DNA of 19,875 bases, from NCBI RefSeq assembly GCF_006345805.1, contig NW_021824034.1, positions 1 to 19,875 on the forward strand, in the 5' to 3' direction. Origin of the DNA: Octopus sinensis (lineage: Eukaryota). A program made the translations under genes and the position numbers. The notes under the pieces were generated by a model. That model saw nothing but the letters and a program-made list of their open reading frames with translations, did no database searches and was not told the origin of the DNA. Within the stretch, counting starts at the first letter, position 1. Each line of letters begins with the position of its first letter. Below, in pieces: positions 10,110 through 19,875 of this stretch.

Positions 10110-10125
10110 TAATAATAATAATAAT
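10062..10125. repeat. (AAT)n microsatellite
   Basis: Visible AAT run. Confidence 0.97.
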
Positions 10126-10576
10126 ATACCAATTTTGTTCATTAATTCAGTTTTATATCAATATACCTAACAGTATTTGTTTTTTTGTTTTTTATAGGTT
10201 GTGTAAAATTCGATATTCTATCTACTAGTAATATACGGTTGTTGATTTTAACGAGTGTCACTTCTCCCCTTCTGAAAGCATGAGTTTCTTACTATCTTAG
10301 AAATAAACGATGGTGGTAATAGGGATGGGACCTGTCGGTATTCTGGTATGTTGGAGTTAGTGATGGTGGTGGCGATGGTGTTAATGTTTGTATTGGTCGT
10401 AGTTCTTGTTGGCCTTGTTATGGTCGTTGTTGTTGTTGTTGTTATTGTTCTTCTTGTTGGTGCTTTTGTTGTTGTTAAGCAACGAGACGGGTAAGGGTGA
10501 TTAGGTGATGGTATAGGGTTTAGTGGTGGGAGACCCCAGATATTGGAAAAAAAAACTTTGGTCGTCTTGTTGTAGT

Positions 10577-10663
10577 CGAGGGCTCTTCGTTGACGCCCGA
10601 CACCAGTGGGAGGTGGCCCACGAAGTCGCTGGAAATGGAGATCTCCAGGTCCAAATTCTTGAA
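10577..10663. other. Codon-periodic GC-rich island, candidate exon or coding fragment; strand unresolved
   Basis: The minus frame FKNLDLEISISSDFVGHLPLVSGVNEEPS has G/C at 25 of 29 third positions. The plus frame VEGSSLTPDTSGRWPTKSLEMEISRSKFLN shows the same bias and follows TTGTTGTAG (10575). Confidence 0.3.
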
Positions 10664-10835
10664 CTGCTGTTGTTGGTGTTGGCGTTGTGTCGTTTGGTAT
10701 TGAGGTTAGTAGTGACATTGTTAGTGGTATTGTATTTATCGTATTAGTGTTGGAGGTAATAGTGATAATGTTGTTGATGTTGTCTATATTTCCTTTGTTG
10801 AGTTTGTCAATGTTAGTTTTTAGTGCTGTTGCCAA

Positions 10836-11075
10836 GGCAGCGAGCAGGATCGTTAGCATGCCGGACGAAATGCCACTAAAGCATTTCGTCCGGCCTGCTA
10901 ACGATCCTGCTTTAGTGGCATTTCGTCCGTCTCAACATTCTGAATTCAATGTCGACTTTACTTTTCATCCATTCGGGTTCGATAAAATAAGTACCAGTTG
11001 AACACTGGAGTCGATGTAATTGACTTATCCCCTCATCCTGAAATTGCCGGCCTTGTGCCAAAATTAGAAACTAAT
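10836..11075 (+). mobile_element. SINE family F2 (tail type 1) with internal template-switch inversion
   Basis: Head GGCAGCGAGCAGGATCGTTAGCATGCCGGACGAAATGC; body GTCGACTTTACTTTTCATCC..AATAAGTACCAG..GTCGATGTAATTGAC; tail GGCCTTGTGCCAAAATT. Confidence 0.8.
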
Positions 11076-11095
11076 ATTAGTAGTCCTGACTTAGT

Positions 11096-11285
11096 GGCGG
11101 CGAACTGGAAGAATCATGAGCGCGCCGGGAGAAAATACTTACCAGCATTTTACCCTTCTCTAAGTTCAAATTCCGCTGAGGTCGATTTTTGTTTTTAATT
11201 TTTTTCGAGGTCAGTAGAATAGGTTCAATACTAGGGTCAATGTAATCAACTTACCCCGTCCGAAGAAAGTGCTGGCCTTGTCCAT
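11096..11285 (+). mobile_element. SINE F2, diverged copy (tail type 1)
   Basis: GGCGGCGAACTGGAAGAATC..AAGTTCAAATTCCGCTGAGGTCGA..GTCAATGTAATCAACTTA..GCTGGCCTTGT. Confidence 0.75.
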
Positions 11286-11626
11286 GTAGTATAAATGATT
11301 ATCATTGTTGCTGTTCACGGTTGTGCTCTAGGTGATGTTTGTGGTGTTATTTGGTTTGAAGTTGGCGTAGCTACTATTCGTGTTACTCACTAAATAGGGC
11401 TTTCTCCTAGTCTCAGAAATAATTGATTGCAATACTTAATACTCAATGTAATGTTCCCGTCGGGTTTTACCCATTCGCTTTTTTGAAATATCCTAGAAAG
11501 TAAAAGCCTTATTTTGCATCGAAAACACCAGAAGTAAATACCGTTGCTGGTGAATCTTCTGTCTCCAGAGCAACCAAATTTACAGCTCTAAGAAGAGCCG
11601 GGGCAGAAACAAGAATAACGGACACG

Positions 11627-12220
11627 GCGAGCTGGCAGAAACGTTAGCACGCCGGGCGAAATGCTTAGCGGTATTTCGTCTGCGTTACGTTGTGAGTTCA
11701 AATTCCGCCGAGGTCAACTTTGCCTTTCATCCTTTCGGGGTCGATAAATTAAGTACCAGTTACGCACTGGGGTCGATGTAATCGACTTAATACCTATGTC
11801 TGTCCTTGTTTGTCCCCTCTGTGTTTAGCCCCTTGTGGGTAATAAAGAAATAGGTATTTCGTCTGCCGTTACGTTCTGAGTTCAAATTCCGCCGAGGTTC
11901 ACTTTTCCTTTCATCCTTTCGGGGTCGATTAAATAAGTACCAGTTGCGTACTGGGGTCGATATAATCGACTTAATCCGTTTGTCTGTCCTTGTTTGTCCT
12001 CTCTGTGTCTGGCCCCTTGTGGGTAGTAAAGAAATAGGTATTTCGTCTGCCGTTACGTTCTGAGTTCAAATTCCGCCGAGGTCGACTTTGCCTTTCACCC
12101 TTTCGGGGTCAATAAATGAAGTACCAGTTGCGTACTGGGGTCGATATAATCGACTTAATCCGTTTGTCTGTCCTTGTTTGACCCATCTGTATGTAGCCCC
12201 TTGTGGGCAGTAAAGGAATA
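11627..12220 (+). mobile_element. SINE F2 (tail type 2): one full head plus three ~184-bp bodies, bounded by a 22-bp TSD
   Basis: GGTATTTC unit starts at 11670, 11853 and 12037. TSD AGAAACAAGAATAACGGACACG at 11605-11626 and 12221-12242. B-box GAGTTCAAATTCC. Confidence 0.92.
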
Positions 12221-12951
12221 AGAAACAAGAATAACGGACACGTCCTCAGTGCCACCATCCTTAGGGGCTAAAGATGACCCAGAAACTAAGTCTACTTTCT
12301 TCACCACCCAGCGTGAGACCTCTGAGACTACGTCTGACAATACATCCTCATCGTCTACATCTGCATCCATCGACAATAGGAGGAGATGGACACTAGATAA
12401 TTAAGAGAAACTACAAACGAATTAAAATGTGGGCCAGAAAAAGGAATCCGAACAGACGCAGACAAGTGACTGGAAGTCTCATAAGACGTGGAGCTCAACA
12501 CCATGTGGCACTCAGTACCATGTAGCACTAGTATTTTGGCATGAATTTGTTGGACGATCCTGAACTAAATGTCGAATGTGTAGCCATGTTAGATGACGAA
12601 CCAGATATTGTAATGTACGGTGGGCAAGTGCAAAGAGACTCTAGCCAGCTGACGTTTTATAAAGACATCAATAGCGACCAGCTAACACCAGATCTGAGAG
12701 GTTATGTTCCCTAGTTTTAAAAAATTTATATCGATTGACTGTTCTGCTGAATATGAAAGTACTAACAGACAAATTTGACGACCGCAGTTTGCAGGACGGA
12801 TCGAGGTAGAAGGTTGTTGATTTAGGGAGATGTTCTGACCCATTCTAGGTTGCGGATTCCAACCCCTGTGTGAATTAGCTCACTTTAATTATTCCATTGT
12901 ATTTTAAACACACTTATATGCTCACTCACACAAACATACACACACACACAC

Positions 12952-13065
<114 letters not shown>

Positions 13066-13074
13066 ATTTATTAC

Positions 13075-13390
13075 TTTACTCTTTTAAAAGTTTCAACCAT
13101 TTGACTGTGACCATGCTGGGGCACCACCTTTAGTCAACCAAATCGACCCCAAAACTTAACCTCTGTAAGCCTAGTACTTATCCGATCGGTTTTTTTGGGG
13201 GAACATATACAGACGAACATCAGTTGTTAAGTGATAGTGGGGGGCCAAACACAGACACAAACATACACACAAATATATATACATATAAATACACACGACA
13301 GACTTCTTTCAGTTTCTGTCTACCAAATCCACTCACAAAGCTTTGATCGGAGCGACGCAGTGGAACTGAACCCATAAAGCCACGCCTGCG

Positions 13391-13392
<2 letters not shown>
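13075..13392 (-). mobile_element. SINE F1, near full length with internal head deletions
   Basis: Minus-strand 5' end GGCGCAGGCGTGGCT at 13392; body homologous to 2789-3220; (TA)n on both sides. Confidence 0.85.
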
Positions 13393-13433
<41 letters not shown>

Positions 13434-13656
13434 TGCATATCTTTTGGATAAATACTTCCATATGTCACAATATGTTGTATATCACTTTTACACCGTCACC
13501 AAATTTATGGAGACATCCTTTTTCTAACCGGATTATAATATGCTTTGTAGTGAATCAGTTTGAACTTTTGGCAAATAAAGAATTACTATCATTATTATTA
13601 TTATTATTGTTATTATTATTATGATTTTGCTGTTGTTGTTCCTACGGTTGCTGCTG

Positions 13657-14227
13657 TCTTCTTGTTCTTGTTCTTGTTCTTCTTCTTCTTCTTCTTCTTC
13701 TTCTTCTTCTTCTTCTTCTTCTTCTTCTTCTTCTTCTTCTTCTTCTTCCAATCAGGACTTACGCCATTAGCTACGAAGAATAATCTTTAATTCGAGCCTA
13801 CTCTAAGCTACTAAGAATGCGTGTGGCAACTTGAAGATTCGCCCACCACACGCGATAGACTGGCGGTTGCACGGGAGCGAAAGCTACGTTGTTATCCTCA
13901 TTCCGTAAACGGTGGCTTTTAACGGGTGGAGAGCTGAACCATCCTTGGATACAGAGGAATCTCAATCTAGACTAGGGTCTGAAAGTTTACCACACCTTAG
14001 TGGGTTACACCATCGTTCCTCTGCTTTGCGATAGAAGTAGGAAGAAAGAGTGAGAGAAAGTTGTGGTGAAAGAGTACAACGGGGTTCACCACCCTGCCCT
14101 GTCAGAGCCTCGTGGAGCTTAGGTGTTTTTGCTCAATAAACACTCACAATGGCCAGTCTTGGAATCGAAACCGCGTTCTTACGACTGCGAGTCCGCTGCC
14201 CTAACCACCGGGCCACTGTGCCTCCAC
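13657..14227 (-). mobile_element. SINE family F3 with long (AAG)n tail
   Basis: Colinear with 7909-8366 over 13750-14227. A-box TGGCCCGGTGG, B-box-like GGTTTCGATTCC. Candidate TSD TGCTGCTG at 13649-13656 and 14228-14235. Confidence 0.85.
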
Positions 14228-15696
14228 TGCTGCTGCTGTTGTTATTGTTGTTCTAACTTCAAATCCTGCAACGTTTATACCTTCATTTCACCCTTTCGAA
14301 GTCAACAGCATCTTCCCTAACTTGTGCCTAAATTAGACACTACTATTATTCTTGTTGTCACTTATTTTGTTGTTTATCGTGTCCTTTCATGCTCCAAAGT
14401 TCTTTGCTTAAAAAGTATATATTTGTCTATGATTACTGTATTGGTCTCATTGGAACACCTATCCAATTATCGGAGTTAGACGAGCATAAAATGCTAAGCA
14501 GCTTTCCTTTCGAATTTACATTCTGCCTTTTATTCTTTCAGAGTCGAATCGAGCTATTCCTTCCCTGAAATTTCTGGCCTTGTGCTAAAATTTGAGAGCA
14601 ATGTTTATAAGAATTATAAGATGGTCTCCATCTGAGTGCGAAGAAGATGTACCCGGCACAGGGTTGATCACAATAAATTACTCTTACTAACTCTGAAATT
14701 ATTTTCAAACGAAGCTGTAATAAATAAATTGAAAGGCACAAATAGAAATACGTATCTTAGAAGATACAACATGGAGTTTTAGAATCATTGCATTAAAGGA
14801 AGAAAAGTGAAAGAACATGAATAAGAAGAGCAGTAAAATTACATCACTTGCTTATGGTGTGAGACAAAAGTAGAAACTAATTTTTATTCAGTTGAAAGAG
14901 GAAGAGAAAGAGTGGATGAGTGTATGTTACAAATGCTGATGCCTCTTTGCCTGATGTATGTATCCATATAATCAGATATCGTTACAAGAATGCTGCGTAG
15001 GCTTCCATTCGCTCTTGAAAGGGTTCTTAGAAAGAAGACCTTACTTAGGTATCGCAGAAGGATATATAGATTCTGTGGCTGGTTTCTAAGACCGGAGATA
15101 AGGCGACGAAACAGAACTGGTACGCTACACGTAGACACAGGCTAATGTTACGTTGCGTGAGTCAGTTATATTTTGATTAGGATCAGGAATATCGGTACGG
15201 ACTTTTAACTTTCGGGGTTTCTTTATATTTTCGAAACTGAAAGATACATATCGTGTGTAGAAGTGGTCCACAAAGAACCAACATCTTTTGAAGAGAACAA
15301 AGATATTTCAGAACGGAATATCATTCAGGGAATGAGGCAAAGACGATCAGGGTAGTAGTGGAAAAGAAAGGATCCCGTTGCAATATGTGTAATATAAATA
15401 CTGCTTAGTGTCATATTGAGATCGGAAATACCGGAACAGTAATCCGAAAGAAGAATACAATTTCCAAATGAAATACCGACACTCAAAGAGGATGTATCAA
15501 AGGTATTGATTGTTGAGGAGATGCAGGATGTGTACCGTATCAGCATGAATGATAAACACTTTTTAATGAGTATGTCATCAGTATATCTAGAGTATCACGA
15601 TATCAGCCCCAAATGTGCGAGGGTTTCCACTGTTTGGTTAAGGACGAAGTTTTCGCGGACGCATGATGGAGGATTCACTTTACAGAAATGTAACCC

Positions 15697-15924
15697 GGCG
15701 AGCAGGCAGAAACGTTAGTACGCCGGGAGAAATGCTTAGCGCTATTTCGTCTGCCTTTACGTTCTGAGTTCAAATTCCGCCGAGGTCGACTTTGCCCTTC
15801 ATCCTTTCGTGGTCGATAAATTAAATACCAGTTATGCACTGTGGTTGATGTAATCGACTTAATCCGTTTGTCTGTCCTTGTTTGTCCCATATATGTTTAG
15901 CTACTTGTGGACAATAAAGAAATA
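15697..15924 (+). mobile_element. SINE F2 monomer (tail type 2) with 15-bp TSD
   Basis: TSD AGAAATGTAACCCGG at 15684-15698 and 15925-15939; head GGCGAGCAGGCAGAAACGTTAG; tail ACAATAAAGAAATA. Confidence 0.92.
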
Positions 15925-16080
15925 AGAAATGTAACCCGGATTGGTAGGAACCTAGAGTTCGTAGATGCTCTGATCACAAACGTTAACGATTTATGTGTAT
16001 GTGTATGCTTATATACATTTATCTTCGTTTTGACCATTAAAACTTTCTCTGTCGTAAAATATTGTATTCGTCATAGCCTG

Positions 16081-16318
16081 TTACTCTTTACTCTCTCTTT
16101 TAAATGTTTCAGTCATTTGGCTGCGGCCATGCAGGAGCACCACCGTTATTCGAGTAAATTGACCCCAGGACTTATTCTTTGTAAGCCTAGTACTTATTCT
16201 ACCGGACTCTTTTTGCCGAACCGCTAAGTTACGGGGACGTAAACACACCGACATCGGTTGTCAAGCGATGTTGAGGGAACAAACACAGACGCACAAACAT
16301 ATACACACACACACACAT
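16081..16318 (-). mobile_element. SINE F1, 3' half
   Basis: GTTTCAGTCATTTGGCTGCGGCCATGC..GACCCCAGGACTTATTCTTTGTAAGCCTAGTACTTATTC is the reverse complement of the F1 3' body. Confidence 0.88.
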
Positions 16319-16330
16319 ATAGTGATCTAT

Positions 16331-16440
16331 AGGTTCTGAGTTCAAATTTCACTGAGATCGATTTGCCTATCATCGTTTAGGGGTTGATGGAATAAGTACC
16401 AGTTGGACACTGGGGTCGCTGTACTCAACTAGCCTCCTCT
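16331..16440 (+). mobile_element. SINE F2 internal fragment
   Basis: TTCTGAGTTCAAATTTC..GAATAAGTACCAGTTGGACACTGGGGTCG. Confidence 0.7.
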
Positions 16441-16489
16441 CCCAAACGTTTAGGCTTTCCTCCAAGAGTAGAAAGAATTGTTGTTAAAG

Positions 16490-16614
16490 TTAATGCTATT
16501 ATCGTTGTTGTTGTTCTTGTTTTTGTTCTTGCTCTTGTTGTTGTTGTTGTTCTTCTTCTTCTTCTTATTATTATTATTATTAATATTATTATTATTATTA
16601 TTATTATTACTATT

Positions 16615-16682
<68 letters not shown>

Positions 16683-16721
16683 TATTATCATTATTATTAT
16701 TATTATTATTATTATCATCAC

Positions 16722-16787
<66 letters not shown>

Positions 16788-16878
16788 CATCATTATTATT
16801 ATTGTTGTTGTTCTTTTTGTTGTTGTTGTTATCGTCGTGGTGGTTGTTGGTATCATTATTGCTATTATTATCATTATA
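16490..16878. repeat. Long compound trinucleotide array (GTT/CTT/ATT/ATC/ATT/GTT)
   Basis: Visible block-wise trinucleotide runs. Confidence 0.97.
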
Positions 16879-17019
16879 TAAACTATGGATCTTTTATTGT
16901 ATGTATGCGTGCATGTGGTCAATAAAGTTCATTATTACAAATATTGTTATCGCTGTTGTCTTTTAACTGACTTTTGTAGAGAAGTTGCACATCCATATAT
17001 GGATACACAGCTACCTACA

Positions 17020-17276
17020 TATATAACCTACACAAATACATATGCATATAGTATATATGTATATAGTATATATATAATATATATATATGCATATGGTATA
17101 TATATATATAATATATATTATATATATATATTAGATTTGTAATTTTATATAGATATATATATATATATATATATATACATATGTGTAATATATATATATA
17201 TGTATGTATATTTTATATATTATATAATATGTATATGTATTATATATATATATATATATATAATAATATATCTATA

Positions 17277-17316
<40 letters not shown>

Positions 17317-17360
17317 TATATACATACATATATTATATGTATATATGCATAAATATATGA
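17020..17360. repeat. Degenerate (TA)n tract
   Basis: Almost exclusively A/T dinucleotide repeats. Confidence 0.92.
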
Positions 17361-18106
17361 TCAAGTGCCACATATCAGAGGTGGAATCACATATTAGTGT
17401 AGCTCATTCAGCGGTGGTGCCCCAGCATGGCCGCGGCCTTCGGGCTGAAAAAACATTTTAAGGATTTAAGGAGTTTAAGGATATATATATATATAATATA
17501 TAATACATACATATATATATATATATGTACATGTATATATCTATGTGTGTGTCTGTGTGTTAGGGTTTATACGTATATGTTTGCGTATGTGGCCGGAGTA
17601 TATGTGAGACCGCCAGTGTCCACATAAAATGATACAAAGCGAAGTCATATTAAGTAGAGGTTTAGTGAAGTGTCCTGGCTATAAATAAATAAATAATTAA
17701 ATACGAAAACACCATGGATCAATTTACATGTGGAATGTTGATTTTCATATGAGACTGGACGTAGGAAGTCCAACAGTGATAGAATTTTTGTTAGAGGTAC
17801 ACAGAATGCTGTAGATGCGAAGATGCATTGCGCTGCGTCTGAGAAAGAGCATATTTTGAAGCAAAATGGGAGGGGGATATCTATCCATAAATATATATAT
17901 ATAAATTGATAAGTATATATTTATATATATACATATATATAAACAAGAGTCGGTGCTGAAAAGTTACTGATTTTGAGTAAAAGAACATACAGGAATCTTT
18001 ATGGCAGCAATCCAATGAGTGAAGCAAGTATTAGGATATAAGAAAAGAAATAACAAGATGCTAATATGATACCCATTGCTATATATATATACATTCTTAT
18101 ATATAT

Positions 18107-18428
18107 ATGCTGGAGCACCGGCTTTAGCCGAACAAATAGACCCCAGGACTTATTCTTTATAAACCTGGTACTTATTCTATCGCCCTCTTTTGCCAATTGG
18201 GTAAGTTACGAGGACGTAAACATACCAACATCAGTTGTGAAGCGATGGTGGAGGGACAAACACCGACACACGCACCCAAACGCGCGCGCGCATATATATA
18301 TATATATATACAAGGCTTTGGTCGGCCTGAGGCTACAGTAGAAAACAGTTGCTGAAGGTGCCACACAGTGGGACTGAACGCGGGACCATGTTGCTGGTAT
18401 GCAAGGTACTTACCACCTAGCCACTCCT
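18107..18428 (-). mobile_element. SINE F1 copy
   Basis: ATGCTGGAGCACCG..GACCCCAGGACTTATTC..GGCTTTGGTCGGCC..CAGTGGGACTGAAC..CTTACCACCTAGCCACTCCT. Confidence 0.82.
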
Positions 18429-18444
18429 ATATTATCGTTTATTT

Positions 18445-18730
18445 GTGTCAAGCATTAGAGTACGGCCATGCTGGGGCCATACTCTAATGGATTTGACCCC
18501 AGTACTAATTTTTTGTTATCAATTTTTTTTAAATGATTCTATCGATCTCGACGCGGAACCGCTACGTTTACGGGGGTGGAAGCACAGCAATACCTGTCAA
18601 TCAGCGGTTTGGGCAAACACACAGACACACACACTCACACACGCACACACACATTCACGTATACACACACGCATACAAACACATCTATGATAGGCTTCTT
18701 TCTGTTTCCGTGTACCAAATCCACTCCCAA
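18445..18730 (-). mobile_element. Diverged F1-related SINE
   Basis: CGGCCATGCTGGGGC, GAACCGCTACGTTTACGGGG and GGCTTCTTTCTGTTTCCGTGTACCAAATCCACTC match the F1 reverse complement. Confidence 0.65.
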
Positions 18731-19399
18731 TAGAGGTCACTTGTCTATATATATATATAGACATGCATATATGTTTATAATAAGATGAATACATAAAAAT
18801 ATATATGTACAAACTTAATACGTAGATACACGCGGAGACAATGTGACACAAATACATGCATGTGTATACACCTTTTATTCACCATCTTTATGCATGTGTT
18901 CATATATATATATATATATAAAACCCATGAATTTGTACGCAGGTACGCGCACACACACATGTGAAAATATATGTACGCACGACACTCACCTGTTTATCAT
19001 CATACATTATGTCTCACATACCTGTACGGTACACTAAAGCAATGAACGCATGACACACACGCCCTCGTAGACACAGAGACAAAGTGACAGGTACACACTC
19101 ACACACACCAAACACACATGTATCCACACACACATGTGTCCACACACACACCTATATTTACAAACAAAAAACCAACCCGTAAACACCTCACGGAGAGATG
19201 CGGAGAAACGATGACATTCAACAAAATACAGCGTCTTTCGGTTCATATTATAATCATTGAAAATTACTGTATATTTCTGTTTTCCTTACGCAACGGTCTA
19301 CGGTTTATGTGTTTGTGTATGACGGCAGTTACGTCTATATATTTATATTAACATGTTTGTAGTATTCGATTGTAGTGCAGTAACAACGAAATACATTGA

Positions 19400-19475
19400 A
19401 CACCTCCGGGTGACTGCGGAGTGACGTGATTATTTTCAAAATGGCGTCGAACACGTGATTATGCATTAACCGGAT
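19400..19475. promoter_or_regulatory. Candidate promoter/enhancer core
   Basis: YY1-type CAAAATGGCG at 19437-19446 between two identical ACGTGATTAT (19424-19433 and 19453-19462; the second contains the E-box CACGTG, the first is CRE-like TGACGTG). I count 21 CpGs in 19178-19492. Confidence 0.45.
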
Positions 19476-19875
19476 TGATAATAATAAAGTCGAAGAACTA
19501 TAAACAACCAGTGAATAAATAATTGAACTGACAACTAATCAGAACACAGTAGTTAATTAAAAATTAATGAAAGACGATTAATTACCGTTAACGAAGTTAC
19601 TTAGAAATGGATGTATGAATTCGGTGGGCAGATAAATGTATATGTTTGTAACAGAGAGGCATGCATGCACGTATACTTTTTCGTTCACACAAAAGGTGAC
19701 AGCTATCATACGCACACACAAACGCATGCAGGGGTCACACATCTACGCACAGGTATGTGTGTGTGTGTGGTGTTCTATGTGTACAAATGCGTGTATGATG
19801 TATTTATGTATGTATGATACATGTATATGTGTGTATGCATTATGCATTAGTATGTAGGTTTACCGTGTGTGTGTG

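Noticed and set aside
10248-10859. 203-aa ORF resembling a signal-peptide Thr-rich mucin, with RQRRALD like a TGF-beta furin site
   Set aside because: Its ATG lies inside the reverse complement of a SINE head. Most of it is AAC/ACC low complexity, and the codon bias of the central island is in a different frame. No TGF-beta cysteine pattern follows.
11670-12220. CRISPR-like or satellite array
   Set aside because: No unique spacers; the units are SINE bodies bounded by a TSD in eukaryotic DNA.
14155-14227. Functional tRNA genes (also the F1 and F2 heads)
   Set aside because: A/B boxes are present, but I cannot build a complete cloverleaf, and each head continues into a SINE body seen in multiple copies.

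Overview
AT-rich, microsatellite-saturated, essentially non-coding eukaryotic DNA. The repeat families resemble those I know from octopus (cephalopod) genomes; this is recognition only, not a database result. No intact protein-coding gene is supported, and nearly all listed ORFs are microsatellite artefacts. Contents: (i) a ~1.57-kb inverted, circularly permuted duplication at 431-2003 (arrangement rcA-rcB|A-B); each arm carries hammerhead-core-like motifs in a non-canonical strand order, suggesting a non-autonomous Penelope-like or retrozyme-like unit; (ii) three tRNA-headed SINE families (labelled F1, F2, F3 here), several with clear target-site duplications, including a 3x184-bp concatemer inside one 22-bp TSD and a copy with a template-switch inversion; (iii) an older interspersed repeat family (F4); (iv) a decayed RTE-clade LINE C-terminus and a probable LINE 3' tip inside a (GATA)n array that shares its end with one SINE tail; (v) an 87-bp island with strong codon periodicity; (vi) a candidate promoter (YY1 motif flanked by two ACGTGATTAT repeats, CpG-rich) near the right end.
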